From positions 960,001 through 1,024,000 of the forward strand of contig CAWGLD010000001.1 of assembly GCA_963823335.1 (NCBI GenBank): DNA of 64,000 bases, in the 5' to 3' direction. The notes beneath the pieces are model-generated. The model worked only from the letters and a program-made list of their open reading frames with translations. It made no database searches and was not told the DNA's origin. The DNA is from an uncultured delta proteobacterium. GTDB taxonomy: Bacteria; Desulfobacterota; Desulfobacteria; Desulfobacterales; B30-G6. Of this stretch, positions 34,212 to 44,776 are shown piece by piece (positions within the stretch are counted from its first letter, which is position 1; every line of letters begins with the position of its first letter). A program made the translations under genes and the position numbers.

Positions 34212-34461
34212 GATAGGCCTCTCCTTTTGGATATTGTGGCCAAACAAGGTGAAGAGAAAAACTATCAGAGGTGATGCTCGCGTACAGCATGAGAATGAAT
34301 ACCATACCCATCTGGATTCAACGAACGCGAAATGAACAATCCGCAACCATTTTAGGTGTGTTGATAATGGCTCAAGTAGAAACTGAACTATAAATGTTTT
34401 AAAAAGGATTGTCCAATAAAATCGAAGGAACGATCTTTAAAGAACACAACCATGCTGCTCC

Positions 34462-35838
34462 TTAGACGACCAGATTCTGATGGATCCTGCTTCCCGATGG
34501 TATGATGACAGGCGATTTCCCTGGGTTTGTAATCGTTACCTGGCCTGTGATGGTGACATCTTGCTCAAAAAAAACATTCCCTTCAATATTCAGCGAGATA
34601 CAGTCAACAAGGCTGGGGGGCCATTGCAGTCGAAGGTTAAAACTATCGATATGAGCGAAATATGCAGGATCCAGGGTAATCTTTGGGGGGGGGGGTATTT
34701 TTCTTTTCGGGTTTATCATGAGGCAATAGTCTTTGGTCAGCAGATAACAATCCGAACGTATTGCAAGCAGGTCCTGACATTTTTTTACCGGCAAGAACCG
34801 GTTTTCCGAAACACGGACAGCTGTGGATCCTTGAAACAGGGAAATGGCGGCACCCATGGCGGTTTCTATCTGAAAGACTTTAGGGCTGTCTGTCTGTCTG
34901 GGGTTCACGGTTTTGGGGTTGACGATTATAGGGAGGTATAGATGCTTGTTTGTGTCGAAAAAGGCCTGCAGATATTTGAGGTTGACCCAAAGATTATTTG
35001 TGTTGAAATACCGGTACCGCTGGATATCCTGAAACGCAGCAATTTCGGTTTTTGGACACTGGGCAATTTCCCGCAGGACCAGCGGACCGTTTTTAAACCT
35101 GGCAAGGTGCCCACCTTTTAAGTCGGCAGGGGTTCTTTCTGCCACCTCCATCATAAATGAATGGCCATGAATCGAAAAAAAACCCAAAAGCGCTTCATCC
35201 AGTGTTGCACCCAGATTATCTGAGTTGGCTATAAAAGCATATTCGATACCACTGTCCAATAATTTTTTTAGTAGACCGGATGAATAAAGAGCCAGATAAA
35301 TATCACCATGACCAGGAGGGTTCCATTCCAACTCGGGGTTGTCCGGCCACTGAACCGGCTTCAGATTAGATGCAAGCACTTTCGGGAATTTGTTTTGGAT
35401 AAAATATAGAGGCTTAAAAAGAGGACTAAGCGCCGCGGCCGACGAGACTGTGTCCTGATGGGTATTGTAACTGTTCATGAAGGCCAGTTGCGCACCGCAA
35501 TGTTCGGCCTGTTTCAGTTTGATTTCGAGGAAGGTTTTTCCCCCTTTGACAGAAATAAGGGATTTTGCCTTGGTAAGCCCCATACTGGTGCCGAGGCCGC
35601 CGTTTAGAACGATGGCCACCGTCTTTTTCATGACATTCCGGCCGGCGTCTGAATAAGCCCTTAGGTCGTTGGTGTCGGCAAGGTCTTCAGGAGAGAGGGG
35701 TTGAATGTCGGCATCTGACAAAAGTCCGGCCTCTCCTGAGACAAGCTGCCGGTAATAATGAGAAAAGGTTTCAATAACCAGCGGAGGCAGGTCTTCCTTT
35801 TCCATTTTCGATATAAAAGCATCCAGAGGAGTCGTCAT
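34462..35838 (-). CDS. UTP--glucose-1-phosphate uridylyltransferase (eukaryote-type UDPGP family)
   Basis: LNGGLGTSMG, WNPPGHGD, NSDNLGA, FNTNNLW, RFLPVK. Confidence 0.9.
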   Translation of the reverse strand: MTTPLDAFISKMEKEDLPPLVIETFSHYYRQLVSGEAGLLSDADIQPLSPEDLADTNDLRAYSDAGRNVMKKTVAIVLNGGLGTSMGLTKAKSLISVKGGKTFLEIKLKQAEHCGAQLAFMNSYNTHQDTVSSAAALSPLFKPLYFIQNKFPKVLASNLKPVQWPDNPELEWNPPGHGDIYLALYSSGLLKKLLDSGIEYAFIANSDNLGATLDEALLGFFSIHGHSFMMEVAERTPADLKGGHLARFKNGPLVLREIAQCPKTEIAAFQDIQRYRYFNTNNLWVNLKYLQAFFDTNKHLYLPIIVNPKTVNPRQTDSPKVFQIETAMGAAISLFQGSTAVRVSENRFLPVKKCQDLLAIRSDCYLLTKDYCLMINPKRKIPPPPKITLDPAYFAHIDSFNLRLQWPPSLVDCISLNIEGNVFFEQDVTITGQVTITNPGKSPVIIPSGSRIHQNLVV

Positions 35839-35859
35839 ATAAAACAAGGCCGTGATTTT

Positions 35860-36924
35860 TCAGCAAACCGGTTCGATCCACCCCATGATATCTTCGGTCT
35901 TGCCGTACTGTATATCCTGAATGGCGTCAAAAAGGCGCTTCGCCACGGGCCCAACGCCGCCGTCACCGATGGAGATGATGTGATTTCCGTACTTGAGCTC
36001 GCCTACGGGAGAAACAACCGCCGCCGTTCCGGAACCGAAGATTTCCGTCAATTTGCCCGAATTCTGGGCAGCCATGACTTCATCGATGCTGATTTTTCTT
36101 TCCGAAACCTTCATTCCCCAGTGCTCAGCCAACATGATGACGGAATTGCGGGTTATGCCGGGCAGAATGCTCCCGCTGAGCATGGGCGTGATGATTTCAT
36201 TATCGATAACGAAGAAAATGTTCATGGATCCGACTTCCTCGATATATTTCCGATCCACTCCGTCCAGCCAGAGAACCTGGGTGTAGCCCTCGTCGTGGGC
36301 TTTGTTTCCGGCCAGCAGACTGGCCGCATAATTACCAGGTGTCTTGGCTTCACCAACGCCACCCCGAACGGCCCGAACATGATCCTTGGAAACCAGGATT
36401 TTTACCGGGTTGAATCCTTCTGGATAATAGGCACCTACCGGTGACAAAATGATAAAAAAACGGTAGGTAAAGGAAGCGCGTACTCCCAGGAAGGGGTCTG
36501 TGGATACAATCGTGGGTCGGATATAAAGACTTGTGCCGGGCTGACTCGGTACCCAGTCTTTTTCAAGAACCAACAATTGCTTGAGAGCATCCAGCGCTGC
36601 TGCCTCGTCATGATCGGGAATACAGAGCATCCTGGAAGAGCGGTTCAGGCGGTTGAAATTGTCCAGGGGTCTGAAAAGCTGAATCCCACCCGAGCCGGTC
36701 CGGTAAGCCTTCATCCCTTCAAACACCGCCTGACCGTAGTGTAGCACCATGGTCGAAGGGTCCATGGATATGGGACCGTAGGGCTCGATTCTAGGGCTGT
36801 GCCACCCTTTCTCAATACTGTAATCCATATTGAACATATGGTCGGTGAATATGGTGCCGAAGCCGAGCTTGGTCTGATCCGGTTTGGGCTTCAGCGTTTC
36901 CGCCCGGGTGATGGTTGGTTGCAT
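35860..36924 (-). CDS. ilvE: branched-chain amino acid aminotransferase
   Basis: LHYGQAVFEG, AKTPGNY, EVGSMN, ILPGITR, GTAAVVSP. Confidence 0.96.
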   Translation of the reverse strand: MQPTITRAETLKPKPDQTKLGFGTIFTDHMFNMDYSIEKGWHSPRIEPYGPISMDPSTMVLHYGQAVFEGMKAYRTGSGGIQLFRPLDNFNRLNRSSRMLCIPDHDEAAALDALKQLLVLEKDWVPSQPGTSLYIRPTIVSTDPFLGVRASFTYRFFIILSPVGAYYPEGFNPVKILVSKDHVRAVRGGVGEAKTPGNYAASLLAGNKAHDEGYTQVLWLDGVDRKYIEEVGSMNIFFVIDNEIITPMLSGSILPGITRNSVIMLAEHWGMKVSERKISIDEVMAAQNSGKLTEIFGSGTAAVVSPVGELKYGNHIISIGDGGVGPVAKRLFDAIQDIQYGKTEDIMGWIEPVC

Positions 36925-37366
36925 TATATCCTCCTTCTTGATTGTAAAGTAGCTTCTCTGCTATTCACATAACACATATTTGCTTTAAATCAAGCGGATT
37001 GTCTATTCTCAATCTTAACAGCGCAGGCCTGTTATCATCCGACAATCGGTATGAAAAGAGATTTTGAAAGTACAAAATCACAACATGCTGTTTTGGTGTC
37101 CGCAGAGTAAGGCCCACAAAACACGGACCTGTTTTTTAATTTGACAAAAAATTGTCCCAAGATATAGTAGATGATAATCAATTAGATCCCAAACTTTAAA
37201 AACTTCTGTGGTTTCAGTTATTCTGCACGACAATTGTTAAAAACCGTCAAGGGGAATTGGCGAATGATCCTGATTGCTTCAAGGTTCCGAACAATTTCTC
37301 AGCGCTAGCTCTCGACTTGGTTCCCGTTTCTGAACTATGCCCAACAAAAAGAAAAGGAGGTTCATC

Positions 37367-38668
37367 ATGAGGAAGAGAAATTCTGCAAAAAAATTTTTCG
37401 TTGCTCTGTCCATGGTACTTTTGCTTTTGGCAATGTTCTTGCCGGAAGCACTGGCGGCGGACAAGGTTGGATGGGTCGGTCCTGTTTACACAGAGCTGGC
37501 CGAAAGCCTGACCAGGGGTTTTAAGGATTATTATAAAAAAACCTATAACAAGGACGTGGACATCACATTTGTAAATCCGGGAGGATGGCCGGTCTGTCTT
37601 GACAAAGTCAGACTGTGGGGAGGCAAACCGGATGCCGATATTTTCCTGGGCGCCGGCGCGCCGGCACATGAACTTGCAAAGAAAGAGGGACTCATCGTCC
37701 CCTACAAGCCCAAGGACTGGGACATGGTACCTGCCGAGTGGGGCGGGATGAAGGTCAAGGATGCAGATTACTATTGGACCTGTTTCGCACCCTGGATCGT
37801 CACCAATCTGTACAATGAAAAGGTTCTGAGTAAACTGAGACTGCCGCCTCCGAAAACATGGAACGATTTACTCGATCCCATTTACAGAGGGAACATCGTG
37901 CACACCTTGCCTTATGCTTCCGGTACCATGCATGAGGCGATAGAAATTCTCATCCAGGGCTTTGGAGAAAAGGAAGCCTGGAAATATCTGAGGCTGTTGG
38001 CTGCTCAATTGGCACGCTTTTCCACCGGCAGCACCGATACAACCCAATTGGTGGGTCGCGGCGAGATTCCCATCGGGATTGCGCAGCCGCAAATGAACGC
38101 CATGGCCGCCCGCAAGGACGGCTATCCAGTCCGGGATCTGCTGCCGGAAAAAACCATCCTGGTTCCGGAAGCGGTGGCGCTGTTGAAAGGTGCGCCCAAT
38201 GAAGCCACGGCAAAGATTTTTCTGGACTGGCTGTTCAGTATGGAAGGACAAAAATACGTTTTGGAGGGCCGGTATTTTGCAGCCAGAACGGACATCAAGT
38301 TCTCCGAGTGGGAAAAAGAGGGTGTCGAAATGGCCTCACACGCCAAGAAGGCCCTGGGAGTCGATTCTTTCTGGGATCTTAAAGTCGGGTTCATTGAATA
38401 CGACCTGGATCTTGCAGCCTCGAGATGGGATGAGGTCAACAAGAAATATGAGTATGAAATTTACCGCAAGTGGGGTGAGCTGAAAAGCAGCCTCTTCCTG
38501 ATTGAAGAGGTCGAAGGAGAAGTGGACGCCGCCAAGGCAGCGAAAATGGATGTGGCCAAGGCGGAAGCAAAAATAAAAGAAGCCAGAGCGCTTTTTGAAT
38601 ATGAAGGCAATTATGCGGCCGCGCGATTGGCGGCATCAAAAGCACGCGCGCTGCTGGTCTCTCCCTAA
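37367..38668 (+). CDS. ABC substrate-binding protein (Fe3+/phosphonate/thiamine-like cluster) with C-terminal helical extension
   Basis: Signal peptide, PDADIFLG, PPKTWNDLLDP, FLDWLFSMEGQ; SD AGGAGG before ATG 37367. Confidence 0.85.
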   Translation: MRKRNSAKKFFVALSMVLLLLAMFLPEALAADKVGWVGPVYTELAESLTRGFKDYYKKTYNKDVDITFVNPGGWPVCLDKVRLWGGKPDADIFLGAGAPAHELAKKEGLIVPYKPKDWDMVPAEWGGMKVKDADYYWTCFAPWIVTNLYNEKVLSKLRLPPPKTWNDLLDPIYRGNIVHTLPYASGTMHEAIEILIQGFGEKEAWKYLRLLAAQLARFSTGSTDTTQLVGRGEIPIGIAQPQMNAMAARKDGYPVRDLLPEKTILVPEAVALLKGAPNEATAKIFLDWLFSMEGQKYVLEGRYFAARTDIKFSEWEKEGVEMASHAKKALGVDSFWDLKVGFIEYDLDLAASRWDEVNKKYEYEIYRKWGELKSSLFLIEEVEGEVDAAKAAKMDVAKAEAKIKEARALFEYEGNYAAARLAASKARALLVSP

Positions 38669-38700
38669 CGTTTCCTTTGGCCAGGGAATTTTTCCCGATA

Positions 38701-38738
38701 GAACCGTGTGGGCAGGTGGGAGCGTGCCCACACGGTTT
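38701..38738 (+). terminator. stem-loop after substrate-binding gene
   Basis: AACCGTGTGGGCA...TGCCCACACGGTT inverted repeat. Confidence 0.6.
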
Positions 38739-38762
38739 CTGTATAACGGATAAGGATATGAT

Positions 38763-40439
38763 ATGAGGCGAGGCGACACCTATTTGGCGGTATTCCTGTG
38801 GCTGGTGGTTGCCTTTCTGGTGATTTTCCCCTTGTCGATTCTGGTGAAGGAAAGTTTTAAAATATCCGGATCGGCTGTCTGGGGCCTCGGCAACTACCTG
38901 GAATTTTTCCAGGACGCCTATTATTTAAAAACCTTTGGCAACACCTTGTTCCTGAGCACCTTGTTGCTGGTGACCACTACCGTTTTCGGGGTACCCCTGG
39001 CATATATTCTGGCGCGGTACCGGCACTGGGGAAAGACGATTTTTACAGCCCTGATTCTGTTGCCGATTGTGTTGCCGGCATTTGCCGGTGTTTTTGCCTT
39101 TATCATTTTTTTCGGCAAGTATGGCACGCTTAACCTGCTCCTGATGGACATGGGGCTGATAGAGCAGCCCATCAATTTCATCTATGGAATTCATGGCCTG
39201 GTTTTTATCCAGGCCCTGCACATGCTGCCGTTTATGGTTCTGGGTCTATCGGCTGGGTTCACCAACATTGACCCTTCGTTTGAAGAAGCCGCCGAGGTCG
39301 AGGGCGCAGGGGGATTTCGCAGGTTTTTCACCATCTCTTTGCCGCTTTGTACTCCCAGCTATCTGGCCGGTGCGGTGCTCGTGTTCTTGTGGCCGTTTAC
39401 GGACTGGCTGACACCCTTGATTTTGGGACAGGTGGATTTTTTACCTTCGGTTTCCTATATCAACATCGCCTATCACTTTACCGATGTACACCGCAAGCAT
39501 ATGGGAATTGTGGCGGTGGTTGTCTCTTCCATCTTTTGTATCTCTCTTTTTCTGATTGCAAGGTGGTGGGTTGAAAAGCGCAAATATACCGGGCTCTCCA
39601 AGGGGACAACCTCTGAGGGACGGGTAATCGAACCGGGCGTTTTGATGAAAACCAGCGCCTATGTGTATATGATTCTGGTGGCGGCGCTGGTCTTGTTGAT
39701 CCCCATCGTGCTCGGATTGGCGGCTTTTTCCAGGCGATGGGTGTTTGAAGCGTTTCCAAGCTATTGGACCCTCGAGAATTTCAGGGTAATTCTGCTGCAA
39801 AGTCCGGACTTGATTAAAAACTCATTTCTCTTCAGCGGGATTGCCTTGATTTTCGGGATCGTCTTCGGGCTTCCGGCAGCCTACATCATTGTACGCACCC
39901 GTGTTCCGGGCAAAGATGCGCTCGATTTTGTGATTACCCTGATGCTGGCTTTTCCGGGTATTGCGATCGGTGTAAGTTATCTGCTGGCCTTTTGGCAGAC
40001 GATTCCCATAGCCACTCATTGGATCATCATGCCCCTGGCCTTGTTTGCCAGGCGTCTACCTTATTTTTTACGGATGGCACACTCCTCCTATCTGCAACTG
40101 GACCCATCCCTTGAAGAAGCTTCCGAAGTGTCCGGTGCCGGTAAAATCAGAACCTTTTTCAGCATATCACTGCCCTTGTTGCTCAAAGGGGTGCTTGTGG
40201 GGGTGGTGATGTTTTTCATCATGGCTTTCCAGGAGATATCGACAGCGATATTCCTGTATCGGGGGGGATGGGAGACCTTGCCCATCGGTATATACTTGAA
40301 CTGGCATCGCGGCATGGAGTTTGGAATTGCTGCGGCCATGGCGTTTCTGATGATTGTGATCACCTTTATCCTCCTGCTGATCATTTCAAAAATCAGCGGG
40401 GGTGTCCTGAAAGCTGCCTGGGGTGCCGCTGAAAAGTAG
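38763..40439 (+). CDS. ABC permease, fused two-domain FbpB type
   Basis: Two EAA motifs (DPSFEEAA, DPSLEEAS). Confidence 0.9.
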   Translation: MRRGDTYLAVFLWLVVAFLVIFPLSILVKESFKISGSAVWGLGNYLEFFQDAYYLKTFGNTLFLSTLLLVTTTVFGVPLAYILARYRHWGKTIFTALILLPIVLPAFAGVFAFIIFFGKYGTLNLLLMDMGLIEQPINFIYGIHGLVFIQALHMLPFMVLGLSAGFTNIDPSFEEAAEVEGAGGFRRFFTISLPLCTPSYLAGAVLVFLWPFTDWLTPLILGQVDFLPSVSYINIAYHFTDVHRKHMGIVAVVVSSIFCISLFLIARWWVEKRKYTGLSKGTTSEGRVIEPGVLMKTSAYVYMILVAALVLLIPIVLGLAAFSRRWVFEAFPSYWTLENFRVILLQSPDLIKNSFLFSGIALIFGIVFGLPAAYIIVRTRVPGKDALDFVITLMLAFPGIAIGVSYLLAFWQTIPIATHWIIMPLALFARRLPYFLRMAHSSYLQLDPSLEEASEVSGAGKIRTFFSISLPLLLKGVLVGVVMFFIMAFQEISTAIFLYRGGWETLPIGIYLNWHRGMEFGIAAAMAFLMIVITFILLLIISKISGGVLKAAWGAAEK

Positions 40440-40489
40440 CGCGTTTCGCAACGAATGGGTTTGGGCGAACCCTGAAGGAGATAGATTTC

Positions 40490-41560
40490 ATGGCCTATAT
40501 ACAAATCCAGAACTTGTTTAAGCGTTTCAAAAACACTGTAGCGGTGAACCGTATACAGCTCGGCGTGGAAAAGGGAGAAATGCTGACGCTTCTCGGGCCC
40601 AGCGGATGTGGAAAAACCACCACGCTACGATGCATCGCCGGATTGGAAAAGCCGGAGGAAGGGGATATCGTCATCGATGGCAAACCCATGCTGTCGGAAG
40701 GATTTGTTCAGCCGTCAAGGAGAGGCATCGGCATGGTATTCCAAAACTATGCTGTATGGCCGCACATGAAGGTTTTCAACAACGTCGCCTATGGCTTGAA
40801 ACTTCAGAAAAAATCCAAAAGCGAGATTCGGGAAAAAACACGGGACGTATTGGAGCTGGTGGGTCTGGGCGGCCTGGAAGATAGATACCCGTCACAGCTG
40901 AGCGGGGGACAGCAGCAAAGGGTAGCGCTGGCGCGAGCACTTGTCCGAAACCCCAAAGTCTTGCTGCTGGACGAGCCCTTGAGCAACCTGGATGCCAAAC
41001 TCCGGGAGGAGCTGAGATTTGAAATTAAAAGTCTGGTAAGACGCATGGGCATCACATCGGTTTATGTCACCCACGACCAAGCGGAAGCCATGGTAATTTC
41101 GGATCGAATTGCTGTCATGCATGCCGGAAATGTTGTCCAGATCGGTTCGGCCCAGGAGATATACGAACGGCCCGCCAATCGATTTGTAGCCGATTTCATC
41201 GGCACCATGAACTTTATCTCCGGAGAGGTCGTACAGGTATTTCCGGACAAGGAGCAAGCCAGCGTTCGCACTGATTTCAGTGATAACCTGCTGTGTATGA
41301 TGTCGGATGTATCGGAAATAACGCCCGGAAAAAAAGCGTATGCATCCATACGACCTGAGGATGTGGAAGTATTTATTGAACCACCCCAAGACAGACAGAA
41401 CCTGTTCAAGGGTACCATCGCCAACAAGGCCTATCTGGGTAACTTTCTGTACCTTTTTATCAGCGTGAACACCATAAAGGTGCGGGTGCAGATATCGCAT
41501 TATTTACCACTGGAAGAAGGGCAGGAGCTCTACCTGTTTTTAAATCCGCAAAAAATGTAA
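40490..41560 (+). CDS. ABC ATP-binding protein (FbpC/PotA-like, TOBE)
   Basis: [27 protein letters not shown]. Confidence 0.93.
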   Translation: MAYIQIQNLFKRFKNTVAVNRIQLGVEKGEMLTLLGPSGCGKTTTLRCIAGLEKPEEGDIVIDGKPMLSEGFVQPSRRGIGMVFQNYAVWPHMKVFNNVAYGLKLQKKSKSEIREKTRDVLELVGLGGLEDRYPSQLSGGQQQRVALARALVRNPKVLLLDEPLSNLDAKLREELRFEIKSLVRRMGITSVYVTHDQAEAMVISDRIAVMHAGNVVQIGSAQEIYERPANRFVADFIGTMNFISGEVVQVFPDKEQASVRTDFSDNLLCMMSDVSEITPGKKAYASIRPEDVEVFIEPPQDRQNLFKGTIANKAYLGNFLYLFISVNTIKVRVQISHYLPLEEGQELYLFLNPQKM

Positions 41561-41653
41561 GCTCTTGTTTTGAATAATCAGAAAGAATTGTCGCAGATGA
41601 TCTGAGCGGTTGGTGTTGTAGCTCAATTTCCAGAACTCATAATGAGGCCGGTC

Positions 41654-42440
41654 TTAAACCAGGATGTCGGTCATTTCGGCAAACCCGTATCCGCCGGGTT
41701 TTGTCGTAACCCACGCAGGCTCTACCTCCAGACGCCCCTTGAAGTCAAGGATGTTGGCCACACCAACAGAGTGGGGAAAAAATCCGAACATGGGGCAGTC
41801 ATTGGGTGAGTCTCCGATATAGAGAACCTGATCTTTGAGTTGATTCAAAGACAGGTTAAACACCTCATCAAAAAGGAGTTGGCTCATGGTCAGCTTGTCA
41901 TACATTACCAAACCAACCGTTAACATGGATGGAACTTTCCTTGGCTTGAGCGCCGGCCTGTTTGAAAATAGGAACAATCTTATCGATGGCTTCCGTTGAC
42001 AAGGGCGGAACATCTTCACAGAAATCGATGGCCAGGTCCGCTTCCCGGTAGGCCTGGTCAGCAGAGACACGGGCACCGGGAACCTTTTTTAGGATTTCCT
42101 GTTTTACGGTGTCCAGCGCTATCCGGTCCTTCCTTCGTGCCTCTTCCGACCTGTAATAGCGTCGGATCATTTTCTTTTGTTCAATGTCGTAGCGAAAATA
42201 GAATGCACCGTTTTCCCCCACCAGACCCGCCACAGGCCACATCCGGGCGATGTGATCACACCAACCGGCCGGTCGGCCGGTAATAGGGATTACGTGGATG
42301 TTGTTTTGCTGCAGTTTTTCCATGGCCGAAAAAACAACTGAAGGCAGGCGTCCATGAACCGTTAAGGTGTCATCAATATCCGTTAGAACAAACTGAATTT
42401 TTGACTTTGACCGTGATGGGAATTCTTTGAAAGGTTTCAT
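41654..42440 (-). pseudogene. HAD-IIB family hydrolase, frameshifted near 41903
   Basis: DIDDTLT, TGR, ENGA in one frame ending SSIHVNGWFGNV*; YDK...GDSPND...VGVAN continues in another frame. Confidence 0.8.
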
Positions 42441-42558
42441 GGTGTCATATTCGGCCATAGATGGCATGTTGGTCAATCTTTTTTTGACTTTACAAGGTGC
42501 CCTAGCGTAATGAAGTAGATAGAAAACGAGATTCGAACATACAGATGGGAACAAATTG

Positions 42559-43323
42559 ATGAAAGAAGAACCCTTCCTTTTCAACAGGCCTTTGATAATC
42601 GGGCATCGGGGATTTCCGGCCCAATATCCTGAAAACACCTTGGTGTCCTTCGAAGCAGCCGTTGTTGCCGGGGTCGGAATGATCGAACTGGACGTCACCT
42701 TGTCCCGGGATGCGGAAGTTGTTGTCATTCATGATGACACCCTGGACAGAACCACCAACGGAGCCGGTGCGGTGGATAGCCATACCTTGCCGCAACTGCG
42801 AAAGCTCGATGCCGGTGGGTGGTTTCACAAGAAATTTTCCGGCGAAAAAATTCCAACATTAGATGAAGTGCTGGATTCTTTGGTGGACAAGGCAATGATC
42901 AATGTCGAGATCAAACCAAGCGCCACCGGATCTCGATCGTATGTCGAGTTGATTGTTGAAAAAACCCTTGCGGCCGTAGAAACCAGAGACGTGCATCAAC
43001 GCATATTGATATCGAGCTTCGATCCTGAAATTTTAAAGGCTGTGGCTGGTGCGCAGCACCATCCTGAGATTGCGCTGCTGCTGGAGGAAGCCATCGGAGA
43101 AGGTGCCCTGGCGCTGGCTAAAGACCTGGGTGCTGTGTCCATTCATCCGAATATGGACACCCTGGATACCGAAACTGTCGACAGGGTTCGATGCAGGCGA
43201 TTATTTGTTTTTCCCTATAATGTTGATTCCGAAAAAAAAATTTTCCACGCTTTAAAAATGGGTGTCGATGGTATTTTTGTGGATGACCCCGTGATGGCCA
43301 TAATGTGTTATCAAAACAGATGA
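42559..43323 (+). CDS. glycerophosphodiester phosphodiesterase
   Basis: GHRG, PENT, IELDV, HDDTLDRTT, NVEIK, GVDGIFVD. Confidence 0.93.
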   Translation: MKEEPFLFNRPLIIGHRGFPAQYPENTLVSFEAAVVAGVGMIELDVTLSRDAEVVVIHDDTLDRTTNGAGAVDSHTLPQLRKLDAGGWFHKKFSGEKIPTLDEVLDSLVDKAMINVEIKPSATGSRSYVELIVEKTLAAVETRDVHQRILISSFDPEILKAVAGAQHHPEIALLLEEAIGEGALALAKDLGAVSIHPNMDTLDTETVDRVRCRRLFVFPYNVDSEKKIFHALKMGVDGIFVDDPVMAIMCYQNR

Positions 43324-43546
43324 TTGCTTTTTCATGGAGGGGTACTTTGCAAAGAGATAAAATTTGACATTGCAATAAAAGCCTGATTAATTAAAGTGTA
43401 TTCACAGGGCCTGTCGAGGGCTCGCTCTCAATCTCGCATACCGGAAACCATCATAATTCGCATCAAGTCTTAGTATGAACCGTCAATGGTGGCATTGAAA
43501 ACAAAAATGCACCTTATAACCTACGTTTAAAATAAGGAGAATAGCT

Positions 43547-44614
43547 ATGAAAAGAAAAGCATTGTTATTAATTTTTGGTTTGGTGTTCGTTTTCGGGACA
43601 ATTGGAACCGCTTCGGCCGAAACACTGGAGCTCTTGACGTGGAAAGGCTATGCACCACAGAATCTTGTAGATAAATTTGAAAGCGAGACCGGCATCACGG
43701 TCAAGGTTACCTATACGAACAATGAAGAAATGATTGCAAAACTGCGGGCAACACGTGGTGCAGGGTTCGACCTGGCCCAACCGAGCCAGGACCGTATTTC
43801 TTCTGTTCAAGAGAAATATAACATTTACCAGCCCATCGATCTGGCCAAAATTGAAACAGACCAGATTATTCCATCCATGCTGGAAGCCGTTAAGAAGAAT
43901 ACCCAAGTAAATGGAAAACCGCATGCGGTACCGTTTTGCTGGGGAACATCCGGTCTGGTGGTCAACAAGAAATTTGCACCCAATGCAGGCGACTATTCAG
44001 ATTTACTCAATGCGTTTTATAATGGACGTGTCAGCTACCGTCTCAAACGCCCGACGCTGATAGCACTGGCATTTGCAATGGGTGAAAATCCGTTTGCCAA
44101 ATACAGTAACGAAGAAGCTTATCAAATGCTGATGGACAAAGTGGGTCAGGCCATGATGGACGGCAAGGGCTTTGTACAGAACTACTGGACAAATGGGGAT
44201 GCGCTGCTACAAGCGATGCGGTCCAATGAGGTCTACGTTGCAATGGCCTGGGACGGTGCTGGATGGAAGTTGCATGAAGAAAACCCGAATATCGATTTTG
44301 TAGCGCCGCGAAGCGGTGCTTTGGGTTGGATTGATACTTTTGCTCTGCCGGCAAAAGCCAAAAACGTGGAAGGTGCTTATAAATGGATTAACTTCATGCT
44401 GAAAGCAGAAAACGCGGCTGCTTTTACCAACATGGAAAAATATGGAACGGCCTCTGCGGGAGCAATCTCACTTTTGGAGACGTCTGTTCGGGGCAATTTT
44501 GAACGCACTTTTCCCATAAAGGATATCAACAATATCAAATGGTATCCTCCGGTACCGGCCAATATTGAATCCATCGAGGGAAAAATTTTAGACAAGGTTA
44601 AAGCGTCTCAGTAA
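43547..44614 (+). CDS. PotD-like ABC substrate-binding protein
   Basis: LLTWKGY, FESETGI, AVPFCWG, AMAWDG, WIDTF. Confidence 0.88.
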   Translation: MKRKALLLIFGLVFVFGTIGTASAETLELLTWKGYAPQNLVDKFESETGITVKVTYTNNEEMIAKLRATRGAGFDLAQPSQDRISSVQEKYNIYQPIDLAKIETDQIIPSMLEAVKKNTQVNGKPHAVPFCWGTSGLVVNKKFAPNAGDYSDLLNAFYNGRVSYRLKRPTLIALAFAMGENPFAKYSNEEAYQMLMDKVGQAMMDGKGFVQNYWTNGDALLQAMRSNEVYVAMAWDGAGWKLHEENPNIDFVAPRSGALGWIDTFALPAKAKNVEGAYKWINFMLKAENAAAFTNMEKYGTASAGAISLLETSVRGNFERTFPIKDINNIKWYPPVPANIESIEGKILDKVKASQ

Positions 44615-44661
44615 AAGAGAGAAGGCACTTGCGGTCCTTTGCGTCAATCATGAAAGGTCGC

Positions 44662-44701
44662 TCTTCATCCTCGCCATGCTATACGATAGCGGGGATGAAG
44701 A
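44662..44701 (+). terminator. stem-loop after substrate-binding gene
   Basis: TCTTCATCCTCGC...GCGGGGATGAAGA inverted repeat. Confidence 0.55.
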
Positions 44702-44776
44702 TGCGATGGGGTAAAATTGAAGCTGACCGCCCATCGGGCTTCAGTCTCTTTCAGGGGGGTGGTATTACTAAGAACA

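Noticed and set aside
41545..41572. Possible indel in the A6 run at the ABC ATPase C-terminus
   Set aside because: Would change only the last few residues; cannot be distinguished from natural variation
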